DNA from: a virus
Lineage: Duplodnaviria; Caudoviricetes
Reading direction: 5' to 3' (one strand)
DNA: 64,000 bases
Virus record (IMG/VR): IMGVR_UViG_3300013414_000359
Span: 834 to 64,833 of that record
Of this stretch, positions 9,669 through 18,621 are shown piece by piece. The notes below the pieces were generated by a model. It was not told the DNA's origin. It saw only the letters and a list, made by a program, of their open reading frames with translations, and did not search any database. Every line of letters begins with the position of its first letter. The first letter of the stretch is position 1. The position numbers were made by a program, and so were the translations under genes.

Positions 9669-10102
9669 GCTGTCGTTCTCTTGCGACCGCGTTTCTTGGC
9701 GGCGGGCTTCTGAACGGTTTTGTCCTTGCGGGTCTGCTTTCTCACAACCGGCTCATCGGTCTGCCACATTAGGCTGACCTTGAACGCTCCCGAACTCATA
9801 CGCTCGATGGCGCAGGTCCAGTCGTCGGTCTCAACCGTGACATCGGGGTCTTCGCGGTCAGCACTGTCAACGGCACTCATAATCTGCTCTGCGGCTTCTG
9901 CAAGAAGTGCAGCAGCTTCGGCAGCCTCAAGGTACTTGAGCAGCCAGTAACCGGCTTTCTTGTAGCTGCGGACGGTGTAGAGAACATCGGCTTGGCAGCG
10001 GTTGCCGCCAATCTTGATGTCCATTACGTTGTCTGTCTCGGCGTAATTCGCCTGTCCCGGTTCGTGGATTTTCACCCATCTGCTTTGTCTCAGCTCTGTC
10101 AT
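9662..10102 (-). CDS. Hypothetical protein with a basic C-terminal tail
   Basis: Start re-set to MTELRQ after RBS AAGGAGG; the upstream extension in the ORF track is the HH2 ribozyme. Confidence 0.7.
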   Translation of the reverse strand: MTELRQSRWVKIHEPGQANYAETDNVMDIKIGGNRCQADVLYTVRSYKKAGYWLLKYLEAAEAAALLAEAAEQIMSAVDSADREDPDVTVETDDWTCAIERMSSGAFKVSLMWQTDEPVVRKQTRKDKTVQKPAAKKRGRKRTTAK

Positions 10103-10129
10103 TTTATTTGTCCTCCTTAATGGAATTTT

Positions 10130-10190
10130 GACCTGCCTCATCAGCACCGGGCGGTCGGTCTCCGGTGGACGCCCTTTTGGGCGTTTCGGC
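10130..10190 (-). ncRNA. Type II hammerhead ribozyme (HH2)
   Basis: gcc GAAAC gccc-aaaa-gggc GUC caccgg-loop-ccggug CUGAUGA ggc; loop I gacc can pair with tail gguc; compensatory changes relative to HH1. Confidence 0.88.
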
Positions 10191-10209
10191 TTTCTCCACT
10201 TCAAGTGTT

Positions 10210-10256
10210 TTGCTCTAATTCAGCTAACGATTGAAATGGTTTTTAACCCAAAAAGA
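10210..10256. other. Left inversion site (attR-like hybrid: P-type arm + GA core + B-type arm)
   Basis: TTGCTCTAATTCAGCTAACGA TT GA AA TGGTTTTT; arm matches the attR arm at 15/21; 10232-10242 is a perfect 11-bp inverted repeat of 20952-20962. Confidence 0.8.
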
Positions 10257-10751
10257 GGCGTGTTGATATTCAGCGCCGCTGCACTCCTCTTTCTCACCGG
10301 CTGTGGTGCTGACGAAACCGCTATCAAGCCGACTGACGCGCTGGCCGCGGAGCCATTAACGGCTTACGTCGAGTCTACTGAGATGCTGACTTCAATGCCA
10401 GTCTCAATGCAGAAGCCTTGGACAGACGAAGAACTCAGCTTGATGGCAAGGACGCTTTCAGGCGAATGCTACGAGGATAAGGAACTTGACAAAAGACGGG
10501 TCTGCGAAGTCATCTTGAACCGAGTGAGCGACGGACGATTTGGCGACTCAATCTGCGAGGTCATTACCGCACCAAATCAGTTCCAAGGCTATTGGCGCCC
10601 ATCGCGTCCTGTATCTGAGAATGATTTGGCTGTTGCGGAACAAACCCTCGAAGATTGGTACGAGAACGGATGCAAAGCACTTTCTCCGTACCTGTACTTT
10701 AGCGCCGGTGGAAACCGTGAAAACACATTCTATGAAGACATAGAGTGGTGA
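10236..10751 (+). CDS. SleB/CwlJ-like cell-wall hydrolase (Hydrolase_2) lipoprotein, separated from its RBS and first three codons
   Basis: ARTLSGE...VILNRV...VITAPNQF motif; lipobox LTGC; no RBS here; GGAGGT...ATG GGT GAA sits at 20980-20959 on the minus strand. Confidence 0.8.
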   Translation: MVFNPKRGVLIFSAAALLFLTGCGADETAIKPTDALAAEPLTAYVESTEMLTSMPVSMQKPWTDEELSLMARTLSGECYEDKELDKRRVCEVILNRVSDGRFGDSICEVITAPNQFQGYWRPSRPVSENDLAVAEQTLEDWYENGCKALSPYLYFSAGGNRENTFYEDIEW

Positions 10752-10771
10752 AAAATAAGGAGGACAAACAA

Positions 10772-11185
10772 ATGTTAGAAGTAAAAGTAACCATCGAGGC
10801 CGCTGAACTGGCGGCGGCAGTCAACAACCTCGCAGCCGCGATGAACGGCGCGAAGCCTATCCCAACAGGAGCGGCAGCTACTCAGGCCCCTGCACCTGCA
10901 ATGCCGAACCCCATGCCCGCACCTACGGCTCCCGTAGCTCCGCCCGCACCCGCTGCACCCGCAGCGCAGATGAACTACCCCGCACCGAGCGTACCGCTTG
11001 CTGCGCCCCCGCAGTACACTGTAGACCAGATTATGGCGGCTGGCGCGACCCTGATGGACGCTGGCAAGGTGAACGAGCTGATGAACTTGCTGCACTCTTT
11101 CGGAGTACAGGCGGTTATGGACCTCAAGCCGGAGCAGCTTGGAGCCTTTGCAACCGCAATGCGTGACTTGGGAGCGAAGATATGA
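10772..11185 (+). CDS. Pro/Ala-rich hypothetical protein typical of PolA-type phage replication modules
   Basis: RBS AAGGAGG; C-terminal LLHSFGVQAVMDLKPEQLGAF helix. Confidence 0.7.
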   Translation: MLEVKVTIEAAELAAAVNNLAAAMNGAKPIPTGAAATQAPAPAMPNPMPAPTAPVAPPAPAAPAAQMNYPAPSVPLAAPPQYTVDQIMAAGATLMDAGKVNELMNLLHSFGVQAVMDLKPEQLGAFATAMRDLGAKI

Positions 11186-12351
11186 GCAGTCACGCACTCC
11201 TTTCTCCCTCAAGTGCGCATCGGTGGCTGAACTGCCCTCTTGCTCCGAGGCTTGAAGCCACTCTCCCTGAGAAACCGAGCGAGTACGCCAAAGAAGGAAC
11301 AATCGCCCACAGCGTCTGCGAGGTCAGTGCAAAGCTGCATTTCAAGAGCATCAAGAAGACCGAGTACAACAAGGTCATCAAGAAGCTGAAAACTGACACT
11401 CTGTGGGACGACGAAATGCTCCGAACAGCAGAAACCTATGTCGAGCATCTAAGCGAAAACGCTATGCACTTTGAACACGAGCCGTATGTGGCTTTCGAGG
11501 TCAGGGTTGATATTGCGGATTATGTACCCGATGCTTTCGGCAAATGCGACTGTATTATGTTCGGCGGGGACACGCTCATTATCACGGACTATAAGCACGG
11601 TAAAGGCGTTCCCGTTTCACCGGAGGAAAACCCTCAGCTTATGCTGTATGCGCTTGGCGCATTGAAGCTCTACAAGCCTCTGTTCGGCGGTGCGATTAAA
11701 AAGGTCGCAATCGTCATCGACCAGCCCCGCCTCAATTCCTATGAAATGTGGACTTGCGCCACAGAGGAGCTGCTTGCTTGGGGCGAAAGCATAAAGCCGA
11801 AAGCGCAAGCTGCGTTTATGGGTTTTGGTGAGTATCACGCAGGTGATTGGTGCCGCTTCTGCCGCGCCAACGGTATCTGCAAAGCACAGGCTGAACAGCA
11901 GACCAGCGCATTTGATGATTTCGCAGGTGCTGTCGGAAACCCACAAGCAATCCTGACGCCCGAAGAAATCAGCGCAGTCTTGGAGCGCGGCAAAAACCTC
12001 GCAGAGTGGTTTAAGACCGTACAGGAAAAGGCATTGGAAATGATGCTAAACGGTGACAAAATCCCCGGCTACAAGGTCGTGGAGGGCCGCAGTCAGAGAG
12101 CTTGGACAGACCAAGACAAGGCTCTTGAGAAGCTGCAATCGTCCGGCATTGAGCGCGCTGTTATTTATGACAGCGTTCCCAAAACCCTTGCACAGCTTGA
12201 GAAACTGCTTGGCAAAGCCAAGTTCGATGAACTGGTTAGCGAGTTTGTCTTCAAGCCGCAGGGTAAACCGACCCTCGCACTGGCAGATGACCCGCGTAAG
12301 GAGTTCAACAGCGCCGCTGCTGACTTCGCGGGGGTGACAAATGGCTCGTAA
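11182..12351 (+). CDS. DUF2800-family PD-(D/E)XK nuclease
   Basis: HALLSPSSAHRWLNCP, FGKCDCI, ITDYKHGKG, NPQLMLYALG, WCRFC. Confidence 0.85.
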   Translation: MSSHALLSPSSAHRWLNCPLAPRLEATLPEKPSEYAKEGTIAHSVCEVSAKLHFKSIKKTEYNKVIKKLKTDTLWDDEMLRTAETYVEHLSENAMHFEHEPYVAFEVRVDIADYVPDAFGKCDCIMFGGDTLIITDYKHGKGVPVSPEENPQLMLYALGALKLYKPLFGGAIKKVAIVIDQPRLNSYEMWTCATEELLAWGESIKPKAQAAFMGFGEYHAGDWCRFCRANGICKAQAEQQTSAFDDFAGAVGNPQAILTPEEISAVLERGKNLAEWFKTVQEKALEMMLNGDKIPGYKVVEGRSQRAWTDQDKALEKLQSSGIERAVIYDSVPKTLAQLEKLLGKAKFDELVSEFVFKPQGKPTLALADDPRKEFNSAAADFAGVTNGS

Positions 12352-13294
12352 TATATACCCAGGCAGATGCTACTGCTGTGGAGCTTGGATAGAGCCGGGC
12401 TACGGACATTTCGAGCGTCACAAAGGTCACTGGCGCATAAAATGCGTGAAATGCGCCAGCGGTAGAGTTCTTACTGAACAAGACCCCGGTGTTAAGTGGG
12501 CAAAGAGCGTTGCCCAAAAAACTAAATGCGAAAATGACAAGGAGGACAATCAAATGTATAACAATGTACCTACGAAAGTTTTGACCGGCGAGGTTCGCCT
12601 GTCCTATGTAAACCTCGTTGCGCCGAGAGCGAACAACAGCGACCCGAACGCAACGCCCAAGTATTCTGTTACGCTGCTCATTCCGAAAACCGATGTAGCG
12701 GTAAAGCAGAATATCGACGCCAGCATCGAGGCTGCTGCGGCTGACGCGCAGAGCAAGATTTGGAATGGCGTCAGACCCCCTGTTCTGCCCATTCCCATTC
12801 ACGATGGCGATGGCGTTCGTGAAAACGGAACTCCCTACGGACCTGAGTGCAAGGGTTGCTGGGTAATCACAGCCAGCTCCACACAGAAGCCGCAGGTGGT
12901 TCATCAGAGTGACATCAACACCGAACTGTTGCCACAGGACATCTACAGCGGTATGTATGCTCGTGTGACAATCAATTTCTTCGGCTACAACAGAGCCGGT
13001 AAGCGTGGCGTGGGCTGCGGTCTCGGCAACGTGATGAAGACCCGCGATGGCGAGGCTCTTGCCGGGGGTGCGTCCGCAGCGGCTGATTTCGCCGGTGTCG
13101 GTCAGACGATTGGTGCAGTTACCCCTGACTATGGAGCTGCTATGCCCGCTACCCCCGGCGCTGCTGGTACGCCGCCTTGGGGTGCTCCTGCCAGTCCCGC
13201 ATACGGACAGCCTGCCGCAGCCGCACCCTCTAACCCGATGGGCGTTCAGCCGGGGGCGGTCAACCCGCTCACAGGTCAGCCTTACTATGGGTAA
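12341..13294 (+). CDS. DUF2815-family ssDNA-binding protein with an in-frame N-terminal Zn-finger-like extension
   Basis: VRLSYVNL...KYSVTLLIPK...IYSGMYARV...GVGCGLGNVMKTRDGE; internal RBS before MYNNV (12554); extension has CYCC and CVKC. Confidence 0.8.
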   Translation: MARNIYPGRCYCCGAWIEPGYGHFERHKGHWRIKCVKCASGRVLTEQDPGVKWAKSVAQKTKCENDKEDNQMYNNVPTKVLTGEVRLSYVNLVAPRANNSDPNATPKYSVTLLIPKTDVAVKQNIDASIEAAAADAQSKIWNGVRPPVLPIPIHDGDGVRENGTPYGPECKGCWVITASSTQKPQVVHQSDINTELLPQDIYSGMYARVTINFFGYNRAGKRGVGCGLGNVMKTRDGEALAGGASAAADFAGVGQTIGAVTPDYGAAMPATPGAAGTPPWGAPASPAYGQPAAAAPSNPMGVQPGAVNPLTGQPYYG

Positions 13295-13333
13295 TACGCT
13301 ATAGGCGCACAGATATTTCACCGAATACCCAAG

Positions 13334-13372
13334 ATGCGCGGCTGCGGTTAGTGGATAGCCGCAGCCGCGCAT
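13334..13372 (+). terminator. Long GC-rich hairpin between the SSB and polymerase genes
   Basis: ATGCGCGGCTGCGG...CCGCAGCCGCGCAT perfect 14-bp stem; short U tract. Confidence 0.5.
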
Positions 13373-13390
13373 TTATCATTTGTATAGGAG

Positions 13391-15382
13391 GTGGAGATGT
13401 TGAGGCATCTTTCGATTGATTTAGAGACATACAGCAGCGTCCCCATCGCTAAAGCAAGTGCCTACAAATATGTTCAAAGCCCCGACTTTGAGATACTGCT
13501 TTTTGCTTATAGCGTAGATGGAGATCCTGTTGAGATTGTTGATTTGGCGCAGGGCGAGGTATTACCGGACTGGCTGTATCAGGCGATAGCCAGCCCTGAA
13601 TACATCAAACACGCTTACAATGCGGCGTTTGAATGGTATTGCTTGTCGAAGTTTTATGGACGACTGCTGCCGGTAGACCAATGGCGAGACACGATGTTGC
13701 ACGGTCTGTACTGCGGTTTTACAGCAGGACTGGACGCCACAGGCAAGGCTCTTGGTCTTCCTGCCGAGAAACAGAAGCTGTCTGTTGGCAAAGCCCTTAT
13801 CCGATATTTCTGTGTTCCCTGCGCTCCCACAAAGAGCAATGGCGGCAGAACACGGAACCTTCCGAAGCACGACCCTGAGAAGTGGGGTCTGTTTAAGGAA
13901 TACTGCGTCGGTGATGTTGTGACCGAATCCGAGATTGAGCGGCGGCTGTCGCGCTTTCCTGTTCCTAATGACATCGAGAAGCAGTGGCAGACGGATTTGC
14001 TGATAAATGCTCGCGGTGTAGCAGTTGATATGGATATGGTGCAGGGCGCACTGGAAATCGCCGCAAACGCGCACGATGCTCTTATGCGCGAGGCTGTTTC
14101 CCTTACAGGGCTTGAAAACCCCAACAGCATCGCACAGCTTTCCAAATGGCTTGAAAAGGAGACCGATGAGAATATAGCCGACCTCCGTAAAGACACGGTT
14201 GCGATGCTGCTGAAAAACCAAGTCGTGACCGGTGATGCGGAGCGAATGCTTGAAATCCGTCAGGAACTCGGCAAGACCAGCACCAAGAAATATAACGCCA
14301 TCGAAGCTGCTGTCTGCGCTGATGGTCGTGTGCGCGGATTGTTGCAGTTCTACGGTGCAAACAGAACAGGACGGTGGGCAGGACGGCTGGTGCAAGTCCA
14401 GAACCTACCTCGCACCTACATTGAACAGCTTGACCTCGCAAGAGGTGCTGTGAAACGGCGAGAGGCTGAAAAGCTGCGGTTTTGTTTCGGCTCTGTGCCT
14501 GACACGCTCTCGCAGCTCATACGGACTTCATTCATAGCGACCAAAGGAAACAAGCTGGTAGACGCCGACTTCTCAAGCATCGAGGCAAGAGTTATCTCGT
14601 GGCTTGCGGGAGAACATTGGCGGCTCGATGTGTTCAAGACACACGGCAAAATCTACGAGGCATCTGCCAGCCAGATGTTCGGCGTTCCGATTGAGAAGAT
14701 AAAAAAGGGCAACCCCGAATACGCACTGAGACAGCGCGGCAAGGTTGCTGAACTCGCCCTCGGTTATCAGGGCAGTACGGGCGCGCTTATCACGATGGGC
14801 GCTCTGAATATGGGCATTCCGGAGGAGGATTTGCCCGACATCGTGACCCGTTGGCGCGAAGCCAACAAGCGGATTGTAGACCTGTGGTATCGCGTTGAGA
14901 ATGCTGCCGTTTCCGTTATTCAGACGGGGCAGCAGGTAGGCGTGAACAATCTGCTCTTTACGAGAGAGTTTGACCTTGAACATGGTCTGGACTTTCTGAC
15001 GATAACACTGCCGAGCGGACGCAAGCTGTTCTATGCGAGACCGGAGCTTGGCGTGAACCAATGGAACAAACCCTCGATTACCTACCGAGGCGTACACCAA
15101 TCAACAAAACAGTGGACTGTCCTTGAAACCTACGGCGGCAAACTGGTGGAGAATATTGTGCAAGCCATCGCCCGCGACTGCCTTGCGGCAGCGATTGAGC
15201 ATCTGGAAGAAGCGGGATTTCCTGTAGTATTCCACGTTCACGACGAGGTTGTTATCGACTGTCCGGCTGACAAAGCGAACCTTGATGAAGTTGTCCGGCT
15301 TATGACCTTACCAATCCCTTGGGCGCAGGATTTGCCTCTGAACGCTGATGGCTGGGTCGGGGACTTCTTTAGAAAGGATTGA
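13391..15382 (+). CDS. Family A DNA polymerase (3'-5' exonuclease + polymerase domains)
   Basis: SIDLETYS, HAYNAAFE, TGRWAG, DADFSSIEAR (motif A), RQRGKVAELALGY (motif B), VHDEVV (motif C). Confidence 0.93.
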   Translation: MEMLRHLSIDLETYSSVPIAKASAYKYVQSPDFEILLFAYSVDGDPVEIVDLAQGEVLPDWLYQAIASPEYIKHAYNAAFEWYCLSKFYGRLLPVDQWRDTMLHGLYCGFTAGLDATGKALGLPAEKQKLSVGKALIRYFCVPCAPTKSNGGRTRNLPKHDPEKWGLFKEYCVGDVVTESEIERRLSRFPVPNDIEKQWQTDLLINARGVAVDMDMVQGALEIAANAHDALMREAVSLTGLENPNSIAQLSKWLEKETDENIADLRKDTVAMLLKNQVVTGDAERMLEIRQELGKTSTKKYNAIEAAVCADGRVRGLLQFYGANRTGRWAGRLVQVQNLPRTYIEQLDLARGAVKRREAEKLRFCFGSVPDTLSQLIRTSFIATKGNKLVDADFSSIEARVISWLAGEHWRLDVFKTHGKIYEASASQMFGVPIEKIKKGNPEYALRQRGKVAELALGYQGSTGALITMGALNMGIPEEDLPDIVTRWREANKRIVDLWYRVENAAVSVIQTGQQVGVNNLLFTREFDLEHGLDFLTITLPSGRKLFYARPELGVNQWNKPSITYRGVHQSTKQWTVLETYGGKLVENIVQAIARDCLAAAIEHLEEAGFPVVFHVHDEVVIDCPADKANLDEVVRLMTLPIPWAQDLPLNADGWVGDFFRKD

Positions 15383-15388
15383 GGCTAT

Positions 15389-15592
15389 TTGTATACACAC
15401 AGAAATTCAGAAGGATATAAAGACCCAACAGCTGGCGAGGCGCTTAGTAACATTACGCAGGAAGAACAGAAACGCCTTGCGGCGATAAGCGCACTTATCC
15501 CAATTATGAAACAGACAGCGGAGCTTGTTGGATTTGAAGTTGTTGGACGTATTGTCCTTATGGATAAGGAAACAGGCAAAAAGTATAAATGA
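15389..15592 (+). CDS. Small phage hypothetical protein
   Basis: RNSEGYKDPTAGEA motif, common in Firmicute phages. Confidence 0.65.
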   Translation: MYTHRNSEGYKDPTAGEALSNITQEEQKRLAAISALIPIMKQTAELVGFEVVGRIVLMDKETGKKYK

Positions 15593-15605
15593 TGGAGGCT
15601 TTGCT

Positions 15606-18032
15606 ATGCAAAACGACCGTAAAATTACAATAACGGTTGGTAACAATCGAAAAAGCATAAATTGGCAGCCTCAGTCCATCATGTTGTCCGAGTTCTACGA
15701 AAAACTCCGAATCCCAAACCGCTCGACTGAGACGATGCTGGAATACCTGAACCTCAAGAAGTCAGAGCAGGACGAGCGAAAGGACATCGGCGGCTTTGTG
15801 GCGGGCAGTCTTTCGGGACCCCGCCGTAAGGCTGGCGCGGTTACAGGGCGTGATGTTATCACTCTCGACTTCGACAATATCCCACCAGGAGGAACGCAGG
15901 AAATCCTCAAAAGGGTGGACGCTCTCGGCTGCGGTTATTGTATCTATTCCACACGAAAGCACGCGCCCGCAAACCCAAGGCTTCGTATTCTTCTGCCATT
16001 CGACAGAACGGCTACCGCCGATGAGTATGAGCCAACGGCAAGGTATATGGCGGCGTGTATTGGGATTGAGTTCGCGGACCCGACAACATTTGAAGCGACA
16101 AGGCTGATGTACTGGCCGAGCTGCTGCGCAGACAGCGAGTATGTGTACTACTTCGGCGATAAACCCATGCTGTCTGTAGACGGATTGCTGAGAGCCATGA
16201 CGGAACGTTACGGTGACTGGCGAGACGTTACCCACTGGCCGCAGGTCCCCGGCTCTGAGAACGCATACAGGAAGATGGCAACCAAGCAGAGCGACCCACT
16301 CGGAAAGAACGGTATCATCGGGGCGTTCTGCCGCACCTACGACATTTACGGTGCAATGGACACCTTTCTTGACGGCATATACGCCCCTGTGGACGATTCT
16401 CGTGGACGCTATACCTATCTCGGCGGCAGCACAACAGGCGGTGCGGTAATCTACGACAACGGAATGTTCCTGTATTCCCACCACTCTACCGACCCCTGCT
16501 GTGGAAAGCTCGTCAACGCCTTTGACCTCGTGCGACTGCACAAGTTTGGCGATTTGGACGATGCTGCGGACTCCAAGACGCCGCCGAACCGCCTCCCCTC
16601 TTATCGGGCGATGTGCGAGTTTGCGGTAGCGGACACCAAGGTTTCGCGGCAGATGGCAAAGGAACGGGCTGAGTCAGCGGTAAGCGACTTTGCCAAGATG
16701 ACTGAAACCACAGGTGAAGAAGAAGCCGAGGGGCTTGCGTGGTCTGCGGAGCTGGAACTGAACAAGCAGACAGGTACAATAAAAGCCACAATAGACAACA
16801 TCTGGCTCATCTTAGAGAACGACCCGAACCTCAAAGGCAAGTTCGCTTTGAACGAGTTTGCAGGGCGCGGCGAGGTGCTGGGAGACCTCCCTTGGAGCGC
16901 ATTCGATAAGCGCAGAGCGTGGGCAGACCACGACAATCAGGGCTTGTACTGGTACTTTGAAAAGGTATACGGCATCACCGGCAACGGCAAGATTGACGGC
17001 GCTCTTTCGCTGCACAGCGAAAAGCACAAGTTCAACGACGTGAAGAACTATCTCATATCGCTGCAATGGGACGGCGTACCGAGGCTGGACACCCTGTTTG
17101 TGGACTACCTCGGTGCGAGTGATAAGCCCTATACGAGAGCCGTCACACGAAAGGCTTTCACAGCGGCTGTGGCGCGGGCATTGGAGCCGGGTTGCAAATA
17201 TGACACGATGCTGATTCTTGCGGGACCGCAGGGCATCGGCAAGTCCACGCTCCTCGATAAGATGAGTAAGGGCTGGTTTAACGACGGCATACGCACATTC
17301 GAGGGCAAGGAGGCAAGTGAACTGCTCCAAGGCGTTTGGCTGGTGGAAATCAGCGAACTGGACGCTTTCAGACGCACTGACGTAGCCAGAATCAAGCAAT
17401 TCCTCAGCTTACGGGCGGATAGATTCAGAGCCGCCTATGGGCGCCATGTGAAGGATATTCCACGCTGCTGTGTGTTCTTTGGCACAACGAATACAACCGA
17501 GTTCCTGCGGGACAGAACCGGCAACCGACGCTTTTGGCCGGTAGATACGGGACTGGAACCGAAGCTCAAGAACATCTGGGCTGATTTGGACGGAGAGATA
17601 GACCAGATTTGGGCAGAAGCCGTTATGCGCTGGCGTTTAGGCGAGAGCCTGTATCTCGTAGGAGATGTCGAGGAAGATGCGAAAGCCGAGCAGGAATCCC
17701 ATAGGGAAATCAGCAGTAAGGAAGGCATCGTTCTCGATTTTGTGGAGCGACCAGTTCCAGAAGATTGGCCCAAGTGGGACCTTGACAAGAGGCGAATGTT
17801 CCTTAACGGTATGAACCAAGGTGAAGTAACACTTGTCCTGCGCGACAGGATATGCGCTTTGGAAGTGTGGTGCGAAGCATTCGGCGGTTCACCAAAGGAC
17901 TTTCACTACACAGAGGCTGTTGAGATTAACGAAATACTGCGGGCGATGCCGGGGTGGACGAAAACGGCAACAGGCTTGCGCTTTGGGTATTGTGGTTATC
18001 AGAGGGGTTTCCGTCGTGAAACATTAGGGTGA
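15606..18032 (+). CDS. Primase-helicase (virulence-associated protein E / VirE-like)
   Basis: Primase-like N-terminus (TLDFD, YSTRKH, RLRILLP); Walker A GPQGIGKST; ELDAF, FFGTTN, DRTGNRRFWP. Confidence 0.88.
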   Translation: MQNDRKITITVGNNRKSINWQPQSIMLSEFYEKLRIPNRSTETMLEYLNLKKSEQDERKDIGGFVAGSLSGPRRKAGAVTGRDVITLDFDNIPPGGTQEILKRVDALGCGYCIYSTRKHAPANPRLRILLPFDRTATADEYEPTARYMAACIGIEFADPTTFEATRLMYWPSCCADSEYVYYFGDKPMLSVDGLLRAMTERYGDWRDVTHWPQVPGSENAYRKMATKQSDPLGKNGIIGAFCRTYDIYGAMDTFLDGIYAPVDDSRGRYTYLGGSTTGGAVIYDNGMFLYSHHSTDPCCGKLVNAFDLVRLHKFGDLDDAADSKTPPNRLPSYRAMCEFAVADTKVSRQMAKERAESAVSDFAKMTETTGEEEAEGLAWSAELELNKQTGTIKATIDNIWLILENDPNLKGKFALNEFAGRGEVLGDLPWSAFDKRRAWADHDNQGLYWYFEKVYGITGNGKIDGALSLHSEKHKFNDVKNYLISLQWDGVPRLDTLFVDYLGASDKPYTRAVTRKAFTAAVARALEPGCKYDTMLILAGPQGIGKSTLLDKMSKGWFNDGIRTFEGKEASELLQGVWLVEISELDAFRRTDVARIKQFLSLRADRFRAAYGRHVKDIPRCCVFFGTTNTTEFLRDRTGNRRFWPVDTGLEPKLKNIWADLDGEIDQIWAEAVMRWRLGESLYLVGDVEEDAKAEQESHREISSKEGIVLDFVERPVPEDWPKWDLDKRRMFLNGMNQGEVTLVLRDRICALEVWCEAFGGSPKDFHYTEAVEINEILRAMPGWTKTATGLRFGYCGYQRGFRRETLG

Positions 18033-18327
18033 TACATTTCGGCTAAGTCGAACATTAGACACGAAAGTCGAAGTTTAGGCGGGAAATTCAACACAATGTT
18101 TCAGGGTAGTTTGTTTCAATGTTTCGGCAATGTTTCACCCAATGTTTCACCCTCAAAACCGCACCGTTACTGGCTTTTTACCCTATTTGAAACATTGAAA
18201 CATTCATTTCTAATAGACTTTAGAATTAGAGAGAATAGAGATATTAGAGGATTTATATACTTCTCTAATACTCTCTAAATCCTCTAATCTGGGCGTTATA
18301 TACGCGCACGCGCGCGAGGAGGACAAA
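18018..18327 (+). repeat. ~300-bp non-coding origin-like element, copy 1
   Basis: Four CAATGTTTC direct repeats, inverted GAAACATT copies and AG/CT-rich inverted repeats; homologous to 41943-42250 (inverted). Confidence 0.75.
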
Positions 18328-18621
18328 ATGCTTGAAAAGACCATAGAACGACACCTCGTAGACGGGGTAAAAAGATTGGGCGGCTTATGCGTGAAGTTTG
18401 TCAGTCCCGGCACACCGGGCGTACCCGACCGCATTATCATAACCGCCACAGGCAAAATCATTTTTGTAGAGTTGAAAACCGAAACCGGACGCTTGGCGAA
18501 AATTCAGCGGTACACCATCGAACAGATGATGAGGCGCGGAGCCGATGTCCGAGTTATCAAAGGGCTGGACAGCGTGAAGGAGCTGTTAGCTGAAATTGGA
18601 GGTATGCAGAATGGAGTTTAA
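18328..18621 (+). CDS. VRR-NUC domain nuclease
   Basis: KFVSPGTPGVPDRI...FVELKT. Confidence 0.88.
   Translation: MLEKTIERHLVDGVKRLGGLCVKFVSPGTPGVPDRIIITATGKIIFVELKTETGRLAKIQRYTIEQMMRRGADVRVIKGLDSVKELLAEIGGMQNGV

Noticed and set aside
11334-11342. GCTGCATTT partial match to the att arm
   Set aside because: Only 9 bp, inside a CDS, with no ATAGG or ACCA flanks.
18500-18508. AAATTCAGC partial match to the att arm
   Set aside because: Only 9 bp, inside VRR-NUC, flanks do not match.
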